This document shows, one piece after another, positions 26,308 through 39,537 of a DNA stretch of 64,000 nt. Position numbers and translations under genes: made by a program. The notes under the pieces are model-generated. The model did no database searches, was not told where the DNA came from, and saw only the letters and a list, made by a program, of their open reading frames with translations. Position 1 is the first letter of the stretch. Each line of letters opens with the position of its first letter. The DNA comes from Paraspadella gotoi. Taxonomy: Eukaryota > Animalia > Chaetognatha. Location of the stretch: NCBI GenBank assembly GCA_051294375.1, contig CM119265.1, forward strand, positions 27,380,839 to 27,444,838, written 5' to 3'.

Positions 26308-27227
26308 ACTTTCGATAACTGGGAAAAAGCTTAAGGTCTCGATCCTCACTCAATCCCACTTTTAGTTTCTCATTTTTTTCTCAAGGACAAACTTTTTTTT
26401 CTTTTCATTTTTATTTCAGCTCAATTATATATTTTTTTCTCTCTAAAAACGGAACAGAAGAGGAAGAAGAGGGTGGAAGGACAAGCAAGAAGGACAAGCG
26501 GGAGAAAGGACAAGATGAAGGAAGGACAAGAGAACGAGATGCTAAGAGGCCAAAAGGACAAGGATGCTAAAAGACAAGCGTGAAGATTCAGGGCAAAATT
26601 TTGTGCTTTTTCGGTGCTGCCCGATATCTGATTCCCGGCACCGAGACATTCAGTGACTTTAATTATGGACTTTTTTCCATCTCTTTCCTTCTTTCCATCT
26701 CTTTCCTTCTTTCCATCTTCCCTCTTTCCACCATTCATCCCAATTTCAAAATCTCTCTCATTCCTTTTTCCACTCGATTCTCATTTCATGATTGATGACG
26801 TTCATGTGATAGCACGATCTCTCTCGATCTTGTGATTGATGCGAATCTGGTGATAGTTTGATCACGTCATTGCTTGATAGCGTGATTGATGGGGTTCACG
26901 TGACACTCGTCTTTTTGGGGGGAATTATCTAATTGTCTCAATCAATATATACGAACAATGTATTTATTCAATATTTATTCAATATTTTGCCTGTGACTTT
27001 AAACCTGACCGTAGGTTAAGTCCTTTATCTCTGGTTACGTGGCGAGCTTTTGATTAAAACTCTCCAGGGAGTTAGTATGAATAATCTGGACTGTGACAGA
27101 AAGTCTTGAATGAAGATGAAGATTATTTATTAAATGAATGGATAATTTTCATACTGGTTGTACCAATTTCATAAGTATTTGTAAAAATAAAATTTACCAT
27201 TTTTCTCTTTTATGCTCTTCTAACCAG

Positions 27228-27388
27228 AATCCGAAAAGAGCGCAATTTGGATCAAACACTCCGACGATCCTGGTGAAAGCAAATTTCTGAGTCACGGAAG
27301 TAAACCCTTCGATCACACCATCAACAACGAGAAATATCAGTTCACGACGACCGGAGATCACTTTTATCTTCATATCAACGACGTGAAG
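27228..27388 (+). CDS. IgSF exon 3: core of a V-type Ig domain (C to E strands)
   Basis: Acceptor CTCTTCTAACCAG|, donor AAG|GTGAGT, 161 nt, phase 1/0, fits exon 2. Reads ESEKSAIWIKHSDDPGESKFLSHGSKPFDHTINNEKYQFTTTGDHFYLHINDVK, with the conserved Trp and the F.L.I.DV motif. Confidence 0.85.
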
Positions 27389-28060
27389 GTGAGTTTGTGA
27401 TAAATTTGTAGGTGATAGGGATTATGAACTTGACGATATAAAAATTAATTATATTCATTGTATTTAATAATATTTCTTTGGCTGACTTTCTGTTACCTAG
27501 ATCAAAATTAAAGTAATGATCCTGAGTTCACCGGAGCTTAGCTAGAGCTAGATGAGGCAATAATGGAGGCTTTGCTTGAGCGACATGGGTGGGCTATCCA
27601 GGGCACACTGATATACTGATCACTGATAAATAATTTTTTTTTCGGCTAAAAAAGTTACGTTCCATTTAGTTCAGTTTAACCTTTATACGTTTGTTCATTT
27701 ACTCAACTTAGTTCAAATTCTCCCGCATAAATGTAAAAAAAATACATAACGAACTCAAAAATCCACTGAAAGAAAAGAGCAACGGAAACAACAACAATAA
27801 CAATAAAAACAACAGTCAACAAAAAAAAAGTTATCGCTCTTTCGTTTCGCCCCGAAAAAAAAGTTAGGAGAGAAATAAAATTTGCATTTTTTTATTTCCT
27901 CGTCGTCATGGTCGTCGTTATGGTCGTCGTCGTCGTCGTCATCGTCGTCGTCGTTGTCGTCGGTGTTTTCGTCGACTTAGTCATAAAATTCCAATTTAGA
28001 TTCGCTGAAGAAGATTAGTTTTGACGATTTTTAGTAATAAACGTCGATGTGAACTTAACG

Positions 28061-28100
<40 letters not shown>

Positions 28101-28586
28101 TGTTGATCTTCACCAACTTTTTCACTTTTTCACTTTTTTAGAAGCGTCGCGAGCTCTCACGAAGCAACTCTTACGAGTCGGTCGGCCGTTTGGTTGTTCC
28201 GTCCCAATTTATTTTTATCTAAATTATTATATATATGCAAATAACTCGCGCCTGAGTCCTTATACTATCTATTATTCGATATATATGGGGTGAATCCTGA
28301 AACCTTTTTTAAGAATCACATTATCTTTAATTTACTTTTTATATATATCTTTTATACTTATATGAAGTCAGGTAAGTTTCCTATTTTCCCTTATTTTCCT
28401 TTGTTTTTCATCTACCTTTCAGCGATTTTATCTTCTTATAATTTCTTTCTTTTTCATTTTCTCAAATTTTTGACAGAATCTAAGTCAAAATCTTCAGCGG
28501 TTTATTTGTCTAAATCGAGTTTTGAAAAGTTTTGAAGATCTCACTTTACGGTTATGAGGTAAAACGTTAAAAGGAGAAAGAACGCT

Positions 28587-28618
<32 letters not shown>

Positions 28619-28701
28619 AAGGAGAGAGAGAGAGAAGAGAAGAGAGAGAGAAATAGAAAAGAATGTGAGAAAGATTGAGAATACTTGGAAAGAGAGATGA
28701 A

Positions 28702-28740
<39 letters not shown>

Positions 28741-29784
28741 AATGAGAGAGACAGAGACAGAGAGATCCGTCGTCGCCAAGAAGATTCGGCTTTTCAGTTT
28801 GCGTCGCCATAAATATTCATTGAATCGAAGTTTTTCTGACTGACGTCTTTCCTTTCGGAGTTGGAGGCAAGGAGGAAAGGAAAGGAGAAAGGGAGGAAAA
28901 GAAAAGGATGGAAGGAGAAAAGAAAAGATTAAGAAAGAGGAAGGAAAAGAAGGAAAGGAAGGAAAAGAAGAAAAAGGAGGAAAGGAAAGACAGAAAAGGA
29001 GGAAAGGAAAGAAGAGAAGGAAGGATGGAAAAGAAAAAAAGGAGGAAAAGAAAATAAGAAAATAAGAAAATAAAAGGAAATGAAAGGAAAAGGACGAAAG
29101 GACAGGAGGAAAGGAGGGAAAGAAAAGAAGGAAAAGGAAGAAAGGAAAGAAAAAGGACAAAAGAAAAGAAGGAAAGGGACGAAAAAATAAGGAAAAAGAA
29201 GAAAGATAGAAAGAAAAGTAACAAAGGAAAGAAGGAAGGAAAATAATGAAACAAAAACGCAAAAAATGAGAAACGTTCAGGAGGAAAGGAAGTCATAAAA
29301 AGAAAAGAAAAAAAAAGAAAAAAAAAGACGTGAAAGGGCAAATCGTAGCGGAGGAAAAGAAAAGAAAGAAAAAAGAGAAGATATTGATTAATTCGATGCC
29401 GAATTCCATTGTTTCATGAATGAAAGAGAGAAAATGATTTTCATTAAATCTCCCGAAATTAAGTCCTGATTTTTTTCTGATCGAAGCGATGGGGATTCCA
29501 TCTCATTTCTTGGATTAGAAACTCGTGAATGATCTAGAGACTGATTCTGATAACTATAGATACATACATACTTACAGACATACATCCTATGAAGTTAAAG
29601 TTAAAAGGGGCTGGGGTTCAAAACTATAGTATTGATGTCTACTTTCAGGTAAAAAATATTAAAAAAAAAAAGCTCAATTTTGATGCTTTTATTGTATTGA
29701 TGTATATAAACAATATATTTAGAAAATTTAAAAATACATTTTCTTGAGGTTTCATTGGGGTCAAACGCCTGAAAAAAAATAATA

Positions 29785-29907
29785 ACCTGACGAATGCACC
29801 TGACGGTTTCATGAGACGATTGCACCTGACGAATGCACCTGACGGTTTCATGAGACGATTGTACCTGATGACTGCACCTGATGGTTTCACAAGACGATTG
29901 CACCTGC
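29785..29907. repeat. 39-bp minisatellite, about 3 units
   Basis: Unit ACCTGACGAATGCACCTGACGGTTTCATGAGACGATTGC. Confidence 0.85.
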
Positions 29908-30535
29908 TGATCCGTTCTGACCTCAATCTCGCTCCATCGCCTTTCACCTTTCAAGTTTCCGACGTTGATTAAAAACCTCAACTTTTTCCCAACTTTTTTC
30001 TCTTTTTTCTTTTTTTCTTTTCTTTTCTTTTCTTTTCTTTTCTTATTCTTTTCTTTTCTTTTCTTTTCTTTTTTTTCTGATCTTTTCTCTTTTTTCCCTT
30101 TTTTTTCTTTCTTTGCTTTTATTTCTTTTCGCTTTTTTTTTCTCTGATCTTTTCTTTTTTCCCTTTTTCTTTTCTTTTCTTTTTCTTATTTCCTTTTATT
30201 TATTCTTTTCTATTCTTTACTTTTCTTCTCTTTTCTTTTCTCTTCTTTTCTTTTTTCCTTTTCTTTTCTTTTCTTTTCTTTTTTTCTTTTTTTTCTGATC
30301 TTTTTTTCCCCTTTTTTTTCTTTCTTTGCTTTTATTTCATTTCGTTTTTTTTTCTCTGATCTTTTCTTTTTTCCCTTTTTCTTTTCTTTTCTTTTTCTTA
30401 TTTCCTTTTATTTATTCATTTTTTATTCTTTACTTTTCTTCTCTTTTTTTTTCGTTTTCTTCTCTTTTCTTTCCTCTTCTCTTTTCTGTCTTTTCTTTTC
30501 CTTCCTTTTTTTTCTTGTATATTTTTTTCCCGTAG

Positions 30536-30689
30536 TTAAAGAAGAAAATCTGAGTAGACCGAAAGAGGTCACGAGTTCAAGGAGTAGACTCATCACAAGG
30601 TCAAAGGTCAAAGGTCATCACGAGGTCAAAGGTTCGAATCCAAAGCTGACGACAAAGATGTTGACGAAGATAACGAAGAAGATGTCAAA

Positions 30690-30722
<33 letters not shown>

Positions 30723-30732
30723 TGAAGGCAAG
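30536..30732 (+). CDS. Candidate Thr/Lys-rich stalk exon, probably of the IgSF gene
   Basis: Long pyrimidine tract plus CCCGTAG| acceptor; phase-1 frame open: KEENLSRPKEVTSSRSRLITRSKVKGHHEVKGSNPKLTTKMLTKITKKMSK-polyT-EGK|GTGGGG. Confidence 0.45.
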
Positions 30733-33700
30733 GTGGGGCAAGATTTGAAAACAGATGATGAAGGAACGGAAAGAGAGAAGAGAGAGATGAGGAGAGAGAG
30801 AGAACGATAGAGAGATAGAGAGAGATGAGAGGAGAGGAGAGAGAAAAAAAGAAGAAGAATAGAGGATGAAAGAGAGAAAGAGAGTGAAAAGATAACAGCT
30901 AAGCACCACGCTGCGGAGACAGCGTAGCGAACCTCCTGTGCTGAGCCTCTCTTCCCTCTACTCTCTATCATTGTCTGAGCCGCTGTCTCACCTATCTCTC
31001 CCTTTTATTTTCTCTATTCTTTTCTTCTTCTTGCTTTACTTTCTTCTTGTTTACCTTTCTATTTATCTTACTCTTCCCTCTTTGCTTCTCTTTTCTTTCC
31101 TTTCTTTTTCTTTCTCCTTCTTCTTTTCTTTTCTTCTTTCTTTTCTTTCTGTTTTCTTTCTTCTACTTTTCTCTTTTCGTTTTTTCTTTCTTTATTTTTA
31201 TTTATCTTCTTTCTTTCTTTCTTTCTTTCTTTTCTTCTCTTCTCTCTTTCTTCTTTCTTCTTTCTTTCTTTATTTCTTTCTTTCCAAATCCCTTCCATTT
31301 GAATTCCCTCACCAATAAGTTCTTCTCGTCCTTGGAAAAAATCTTCACAAAAATTTCTTCGCGACCAAAAATCACGTGTGAAAATTTTTTTTGCTCTTAA
31401 AAGTGAAACGAGTGAATTATAAGAAGAAATTCCAGCGAATGGAATCAGAATTTCACTTTCACAGAATTTGAAAGACATCGAAGCTTCGTGAAGTTTCACG
31501 CGAAAAAAAACTAGAGCGGAGTTTCAAACTCAACTTTAACAGTTAAGAGAAATATTTTGGTTGAACTTTACTGAAAAATCTTCCAGATACATTATGAATC
31601 TCGATTTAAAAACTTGCGGGGTCAAGGGTCATGCTATGTTATTATCCTGTAAAAGGGATGGNNNNNNNNNNNNNNNNNNNNNNNNNNNNNNNNNNNNNNN
31701 NNNNNNNNNNNNNNNNNNNNNNNNNNNNNNNNNNNNNNNNNNNNNNNNNNNNNNNNNNNNNTCCTCCATTTTTTCTTTTTCGTCTCCTCCCCAACTTTTT
31801 TTTCTCTTCTTTCCTTTTTCACTTCCTTCTTTCCTCTTTTCTTCCTTCCTTTTTTCTTCTTAGATTTTCCTTTCCTCCCTCCTTGACTCTGCCTCTTTTT
31901 GTTCTCCTCACCCTTTTCACTTCTTCTCCTTTCCTTTCTCCTTTCCTTTCTTATTTCCTTTCCTATCTTTCCTCCCTTCCCTCTCTTTCCTCCCCCTTTC
32001 AAACTTGGCTAGTCTTCGTTTAATCATCTCTCAACTGATTTATACCTCTTTTTTTTTTTCGCATACCGGGCGCGGACGCCCTAACGCTCGGCTGCCGACG
32101 CCGCCCAGCACCCGCCGCCGCACGCCGCAGCAGCGCCGCCTTCAGACTCGACCATTGAGGCGTGGCTCTCATTTCTCAGTTGCAGTAATTCGAAATTCAA
32201 ACAAACTCGAGTCTCGCCGTCGCTGAAAAATGTTTTTATGAGGGGGACCGGAATACATTTTTTNNNNNNNNNNNNNNNNNNNNNNNNNNNNNNNNNNNNN
32301 NNNNNNNNNNNNNNNNNNNNNNNNNNNNNNNNNNNNNNNNNNNNNNNNNNNNNNNNNNNNNNNNNNNNNNNNNNNNNNNNNNNNNNNNNNNNNNNNNNNN
32401 NNNNNNNNNNNNNNNNNNNNNNNNNNNNNNNNNNNNNNNNNNNNNNNNNNNNNNNNNNNNNNNNNNNNNNNNNNNNNNNNNNNNNNNNNNNNNNNNNNNN
32501 NNNNNNNNNNNNNNNNNNNNNNNNNNNNNNNNNNNNNNNNNNNNNNNNNNNNNNNNNNNNNNNNNNNNNNNNNNNNNNNNNNNNNNNNNNNNNNNNNNNN
32601 NNNNNNNNNNNNNNNNNNNNNNNNNNNNNNNNNNNNNNNNNNNNNNNNNNNNNNNNNNNNNNTTTTTTCTCTCTCTTTTCCTTTTATTATTTATTTCTTA
32701 TCTTAATTCCTTTTTTTTCCTTTCCTCTTTTTTCATTTCTTTACCTTTCTATAATCTTCCTTCTCTCTTCCCCTTTAATATCTTTCCTCTCTCTTTTCCT
32801 CTTCATTTATTTTCCTTTCTATAATCTTCCTTCTCTCTTCCTCTCTAATATCTTTCCTCCCTCTTTTCCTCTTCCATTGTTAACTTTGACACCCAGGGTT
32901 CCTAAAATTCGTGTTCCCGAACCTGGTAACAAGTTTATTTTTTCCTTTAACAAAATTCCGCTTTTTTTTAGAACAAAAAAAATATTTTTCTTTAAAAAAA
33001 ACAAACTTTTACGCCTCCATTTTTAGAAAATATTCGCGGAGCAACCCTATTAGACACTTGGGGTCCGTTGGTCGGTCGGTCTGTATGTCTGTCCGTCAGT
33101 CTATTCCACTTACGTTGAAAATGCTAATAACTCGTTTAATACTTGTACATATATAGCATACTTTTGAAGTATGTGATCACCTGAAAAAGCGATCACATCA
33201 CCCAAACTTCAATGGCATTTAAATTCGGTTGCTATTTTGTTGATTACGCTAAACATTAAATCCGAGTGACTGCTAGCGCTACCTTTTGTTTTTAAAGAAA
33301 TATAAAAAATAAAAGAGCAGTGCATGGCATGGCATGGAAGGTAATAACCCGGAAATACATCTTAAAGACAGAAACTGCGACGCGACACTTTGGAATTACC
33401 ATTCCTGTTTCCTTTTTAAAAGGAGAAAACGCGAATCGTAAAACTTGTCACGGATGATTAGACTTTTTTGAAATTTTCTTCTTTTTTTTCTGGTTAAAAA
33501 TGAAAATTATTTTTTTTGTGTCGCGTCGCAATTAAATTTTATTCGGTCGGTCGGTCAGTCTATTTTTTTTTAAAGGATGTACAAACATTTATTCTGTTTC
33601 AAAGAAAGTAGTTTTCATTATGACAAAAGATGATAATTTTTGAGAACCATTCCAGATGAAATCAACATTATACACTAATATATGTGGCGAACTATTGCCA

Positions 33701-34310
33701 TTGGTCAGTGACCACTGACCAATGGTCACGTTCGTTTGAATCTCTAATTTCACTAGTTCGTTAAAATGATTAAAATGTTTCCAAGAACAAAAATGTTTAT
33801 TTGTTCAGTTATAAAATCAGACCTTAATATAATAAACAAAGCATATAGATATTCAGATAAACATAATACCTATATGCCTAAACTAGCAAACGCAATAACA
33901 GTAATAATAATCACACATATATCCGAGGATGCTTTTTGAATATTTTAGATTACTGTAGAAATATAACAATTCGAAATTTCTGCGACTAAACGATCCTTTA
34001 AAAATACTTTTACTTTGATAACAATCCCCTTAAAAAGTAGAAAACTTTTCCTTTCAACTTTCGGAGAAAAACAACTTTTCATTTTCGATTAAATGAAAAA
34101 AAAGTTTTTCTTTGACCCGAAAAAGAGAAGAAAAAAAATCAAGGAAAGTCAGTCGTACTTACCCCCCAAACTCGACTTACCCCCTTTCCTTACCCCTTAC
34201 CATCAAACTCGATTACCCCCTTCCCAACTCCTTAACCCCTTTAAAGCCACCTAATCTCCCCACAAGACCCCCTTAACCCTGGACCATCATCATTAGATCT
34301 CCTTCTCTCA

Positions 34311-34402
34311 ACCAGTTCCCTTCCACATCCCTCACCAGTCCCTTCCACATCCCTCACCAGTCCCCTTCCACATCCCTCACCAGTACCCTTCCACATCCCT
34401 CA
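34311..34402. repeat. 22-23-bp minisatellite, 4 units
   Basis: Unit CCAGTCCCTTCCACATCCCTCA. Confidence 0.85.
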
Positions 34403-34894
34403 CAAGTCGAGCGGCGATTAAAAGAGAAAATTAAATGTTCCTTCGAGACGAAACGCTGCCTCGAGCCTCCTCTGCAACGTCGGGCCTTTGCGGCAACGGC
34501 GGGCCTTTGCAGCATTGGCGGGCCTTTGTGACATTGGAGTGACTTTGAGGCACCGGATCGTCTTTTCGGCACAGTGGGTCCTATGAGGCTTCGGCGGGCC
34601 TTTGCGACTTCAGGGGGGCCTTTGCAGCACGCGGCACTGGCGAAGCTTTGAAGCATTTGCAGAATTTGCGGCATTTGCGGCAGGGAAGATTCGGGGCGAC
34701 GTTATTTCGCGCGCGGAAGATCCTAATTCGTGACCTCGTCGGCCAGAGTGGTCGACCTCTCGATCGTCTTTGACTCCCATGACCACATTTGACCCACACC
34801 GACTACTTTTGACCCAAACCGTCCACTTTCGACCCTCTGGAACCCCTAGACGCATGACCACTCCGGATCACGAGGAGATGGAGTGGAGAGGAGA

Positions 34895-35180
34895 GAAGAG
34901 AGGGAGAGAGGGAAAGGAAGATTAGAGAGGAAAAGGAGAGAGGGAAAGGAAGATTAGAGAGGAAAAGAAGAGAGGGAGAGAGGGAAAGGAAGATTAGAGA
35001 GGAAAAGAAGAGAGGGAGAGAGGGAAAGGAAGATTAGAGAGGAAAAGAAGAGAGGGAGAGAGGGAAAGGAAGATTAGAGAGGAAAAGAAGAGAGGGAGAG
35101 AGGGAAAGGAAGATTAGAGAGGAAAAGAAGAGAGGGAGAGAGGGAAAGGAAGATTAGAGAGGAAAAGAAGAGAGGGAGAG
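34895..35180. repeat. 40-bp purine-rich tandem repeat, about 7 units
   Basis: Unit AGGGAAAGGAAGATTAGAGAGGAAAAGAAGAGAGGGAGAG, later units perfect. Confidence 0.9.
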
Positions 35181-35574
35181 GACAGGAAAATGGGGGAAAT
35201 TAATCAATAATAATCAACATTTTTTGAATTTATTCAGATAGTACATGTAAATATAGTAACCACTCAAGAGGAAGAAAAAGAGGAACAAGAAACGAGAGAT
35301 AGAGAGGGACAGAGAGAGGTAGAGATAGAGAGAGATAGAGAGATAGAGATAGAGAACCTTCTTCCCCCTCCGCAACCACTGAACCGTTCCGGGATCAAAG
35401 TGCCTCCGGTTAATCCCGACAAGGCCGCGCCTCAAGATAGAGGGGAAGCTTTTTCCATTCGCTCATCAATCCATCCATCCGTCCGTTTGTCGAATCATCC
35501 ATCTATCGGTTCATCCGTAAATTCATCCTTTTTTCTAATCTGTTAATCCATCCATTAATTTATTTATTTATTTT

Positions 35575-35599
35575 TATTTATTTTTATTTATTTTAATAT

Positions 35600-35690
<91 letters not shown>

Positions 35691-35692
35691 TT
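35575..35692. repeat. (TTTA)n microsatellite
   Basis: Long perfect tract. Other SSRs: (GA)n at 1230-1310, 24919-25006 and 60376-60470; (GACC)n at 62747-62888; (GAC)n throughout. Confidence 0.95.
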
Positions 35693-38109
35693 ATTGTTAT
35701 GGTAACGATGGTGACATCCGTTTTTGCTACCGTCAACTGACGGTGATGATGATTACACAACGACTTTGCTGATGATAAAATGTTGTGAATGAGGGAATAT
35801 TAAGAAGGTGGTGACGCCTGATAGAAAAGCAGTGCCTGATTTAAGAAGCGATACGTGATGGTGAAAGCANNNNNNNNNNNNNNNNNNNNNNNNNNNNNNN
35901 NNNNNNNNNNNNNNNNNNNNNNNNNNNNNNNNNNNNNNNNNNNNNNNNNNNNNNNNNNNNNNNNNNNNNNNNNNNNNNNNNNNNNNNNNNNNNNNNNNNN
36001 NNNNNNNNNNNNNNNNNNNNNNNNNNNNNNNNNNNNNNNNNNNNNNNNNNNNNNNNNNNNNNNNNNNNNNNNNNNNNNNNNNNNNNNNNNNNNNNNNNNN
36101 NNNNNNNNNNNNNNNNNNNNNNNNNNNNNNNNNNNNNNNNNNNNNNNNNNNNNNNNNNNNNNNNNNNNNNNNNNNNNNNNNNNNNNNNNNNNNNNNNNNN
36201 NNNNNNNNNNNNNNNNNNNNNNNNNNNNNNNNNNNNNNNNNNNNNNNNNNNNNNNNNNNNNNNNNNNNNNNNNNNNNNNNNNNNNNNNNNNNNNNNNNNN
36301 NNNNNNNNNNNNNNNNNNNNNNNNNNNNNNNNNNNNNNNNNNNNNNNNNNNNNNNNNNNNNNNNNNNNNNNNNNNNNNNNNNNNNNNNNNNNNNNNNNNN
36401 NNNNNNNNNNNNNNNNNNNNNNNNNNNNNNNNNNNNNNNNNNNNNNNNNNNNNNNNNNNNNNNNNNNNNNNNNNNNNNNNNNNNNNNNNNNNNNNNNNNN
36501 NNNNNNNNNNNNNCCCTGGAGACAAAACAAAGACTGAAAAATGTAAAAGAAAAATAGTTTATGAATCGAGAGAGAGAGTGAGTGTTACAATTGTGACATC
36601 GAAAGAACGGCGGAGAGANNNNNNNNNNNNNNNNNNNNNNNNNNNNNNNNNNNNNNNNNNNNNNNNNNNNNNNNNNNNNNNNNNNNNNNNNNNNNNNNNN
36701 NNNNNNNNNNNNNNNNNNNNNNNNNNNNNNNNNNNNNNNNNNNNNNNNNNNNNNNNNNNNNNNNNTGTCAAATCCCCCCCGTGTCTCTCTCTCTCTCTTC
36801 TCTCTCTCTCCTCTCTCCTCTCTCTCATCTCTCTCTCTCTCTCTCTCTCTTTGACTTGTGACAATGAAAAATATAAATTTGTAAAGAATTCGTAGGAATA
36901 TTAAAAAAAGAAATTAGAAACTTGTAAATTTAAATCAACTTCATAACTGACACAAAAAATGGCAAATTCTTCGATAGCTTTGGAGACAGGGAAAAATAAA
37001 CTAAGTTTTAGCAAAGACATAAAAACTGAACATAAAAGTAAACATAAAGATAAACATGAGCAAAGGATAAAACAGAGAGACACAACTAAGCTTAAAATAC
37101 CTGGAAGCGAAACAGCGAAACAAAGTCGCTCAGCGAAACAAAGAGAAAAGTTATTAACAAAACAGAGAATCACAAGAGACTGAACAGCAATGGGGAAAAC
37201 NNNNNNNNNNNNNNNNNNNNNNNNNNNNNNNNNNNNNNNNNNNNNNNNNNNNNNNNNNNNNNNNNNNNNNNNNNNGATCCAAAGTCGAACGCCCACGGGT
37301 GGTCTCCTGATCACGTGATTAACGACGGCGATGAGGAGGAGGGCAGGAGGAGAGGAGGAGAGAAGAAGAAGACAATAAAAGAAGAAGACAGAGAGGAAGG
37401 AGAAAAAAAAAACAGGAAAGAAGAACAATAACAAAAGAGAAGAAGGCAAGAGAGAGAGAAGAACAAGAAGAAGAACGATGAAAGTATGAGAGAAAACAGA
37501 GAGGAAGGAGAATAGAATTTATTCTTTCTTGACCCGTTTTTGAGGTCCGTGACAACAATAGAGAGAGAGAGATGAGCGAGTATACAGAAGAAGAAGACAG
37601 AAGAATGGAGAGAGAGAGAGAGAGAGCAGAAGAGAGAGAGAGAGAGAGAGAGAGACGAGAGGAGAGAGAGAGGAAAAAGAGAGAGAGAGAGAGAACAATT
37701 CTCTGATTTTTTTTGGGGCTGAAGTCAGAAAATCTCAGACGAGAAGAGTCGCTCTAAATATTCCTCCTCCTTTTTGTCGTGATTTTTCGAGTTTAGGTTT
37801 TTGGGTCTTGGATTGTTTTTACTAGAGATTCGTTTTGAAGAGATTGTTTTGTGACTAGAGATTGTTTTGACGAAAGATTGTTTTCACCTGAAATTGTTTT
37901 TGACTAGAGATTGGTTTTGACTAGAGATTGGTTTTGTGAAAGTTTGCTGTTTGATTGCGTTAGATTATTCCTGAGAAAAATCTTCTGCTTTTTCTTCTCT
38001 TCCTCCTTCTCTGCCTCATCTCTTCTCCAGGTGCAGATCACCTACTCTCTCGTCTCTACATGGCATGTTTAAACTAACAACCGTGAGAGGCCAAGAAAAG
38101 TTGGTCTTG

Positions 38110-38490
38110 GGTCGGCGACTGCGTCGGCAAAGACGAGTTTTGCATCGGAACTTGTGTCGGCAAAGAGAGATTTTGCCTCAGCACCTGCCTCGACAAAGAA
38201 AGGTTTTACCCTGGCACTTGCCTCGACAAAGAAAGGATTTGCATTGGCATCTTCGCCGGCAAAGAATGGTTTTTCCTCGGTAACTGCGTCAGCAAATAGA
38301 GGTTTTGCATCGGCACCTGCATTGGCAAAGAGAGGTTTTGCATCGGCACCTGCATTGGAAAAGCAAATTTTTTTCTTTGGCATCTTCGTCGGCAAAGAGA
38401 GGTTTTGCCTCGATAACTGCGTCCGCAAATAGAGGTTTTGCATTGGCACCTGCATTGGCAAAGAGAGGTTTTGCATCGGCACCCGCCTTT
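38110..38490. repeat. 33-bp minisatellite, about 11 units, open in frame on both strands
   Basis: Unit GGCAAAGAGAGGTTTTGCATCGGCACCTGCATT; one extra base at the T-run near 38370. Confidence 0.9.
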
Positions 38491-39183
38491 TGCGTCGGCA
38501 GAACTGGAAATTAAATCCGTAACAACCGGTTATAAGGCGTAGCTCAAATTCTCAAAGCCAGTGGCATCGCGTGTTGGCAGACTCGTTATTTTTCTTCAGA
38601 GTTCAGTGCGAGATGTTTGCCGGTCGGTTATATGGCATCGAAACTCAAATTGCCCCGAAGGTAGGCTGGTTTGCCAGATTTCTTCAGTTCAGTCGAGATT
38701 TGGGTCGGTTATGCTGATCGAAACTCCATTGCATCCATAACCATCTACTCGAAGTAGGCGAATCATCCTTGATTTAGTAGAAAATCCTTTTTTCTTCGCG
38801 ATACCGAAGGCGATAGAAATGAGGCCAACGTGGGCACCGTTGTGGGGGAAAGGGGGTTGAAAAAGTGTGGTGCAAATGTTGGGCAAAGTCGGGTATTTGT
38901 GTCGGCGTTTTTGTGTCGGCAATCGCCGGATCCCTCGACGAATAAGCGGCGCGAATCGCAGTGGGAGATGAACCGGAAATGGGGGAAGTGGGGGGGAGGG
39001 AAGAGGAAGCAGTGGGAGAGGAAGGTAAGTGGGACAAACCAACAGACAGAACCGACCGACTGACCGACCGACCAAACAAGAGTGAGTTAATAGAGTATAC
39101 GAGTTATTGAGAAATAAAGAATCAAATCAGAGAAAAAACCTGGTACGAAGCGATAGGAAGCAGGGGGCCCGCTTTTTTAGGCC

Positions 39184-39537
39184 AGGCCTGGTTTGTTTTT
39201 TTTAAAAAGGTGAAAGAAGGCTGGTTGTGTTAAGATGAGGAAGAGGGGGCCTGGGGGACCTGGTTGTATTAAATGAAGAAAGAGGGCCTGGTTGTTTTTA
39301 AAAATTAAGAAAGAGGGAAGGGGACCTGGTTGTATTAAATTGAAGAAAAGAGGGCCTGGTTGTATTAAATGAAGAAAGAGGGCCTGGTATGTTTTAAATG
39401 AAGAAAGAGACCTGGTTGTATTAAATTGAAGAAAGAGGGCCTGGTCTGTATTAAATGGAAGAAGAGAGAAAAGGGCCTGGTTGTGTTAAATGAAGAAAGA
39501 GGGCCTGGTTGTGTTAAATGAGGAAAGAGGGCCTGGT
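39184..39537. repeat. ~29-bp minisatellite
   Basis: Unit GGCCTGGTTGTATTAAATGAAGAAAGAG, indel-noisy. Confidence 0.85.

Noticed and set aside
29392-29469. FDAEFHCFMNE as the missing Ig F-strand exon
   Set aside because: In-frame TAA immediately upstream, no acceptor, purine-rich upstream sequence.
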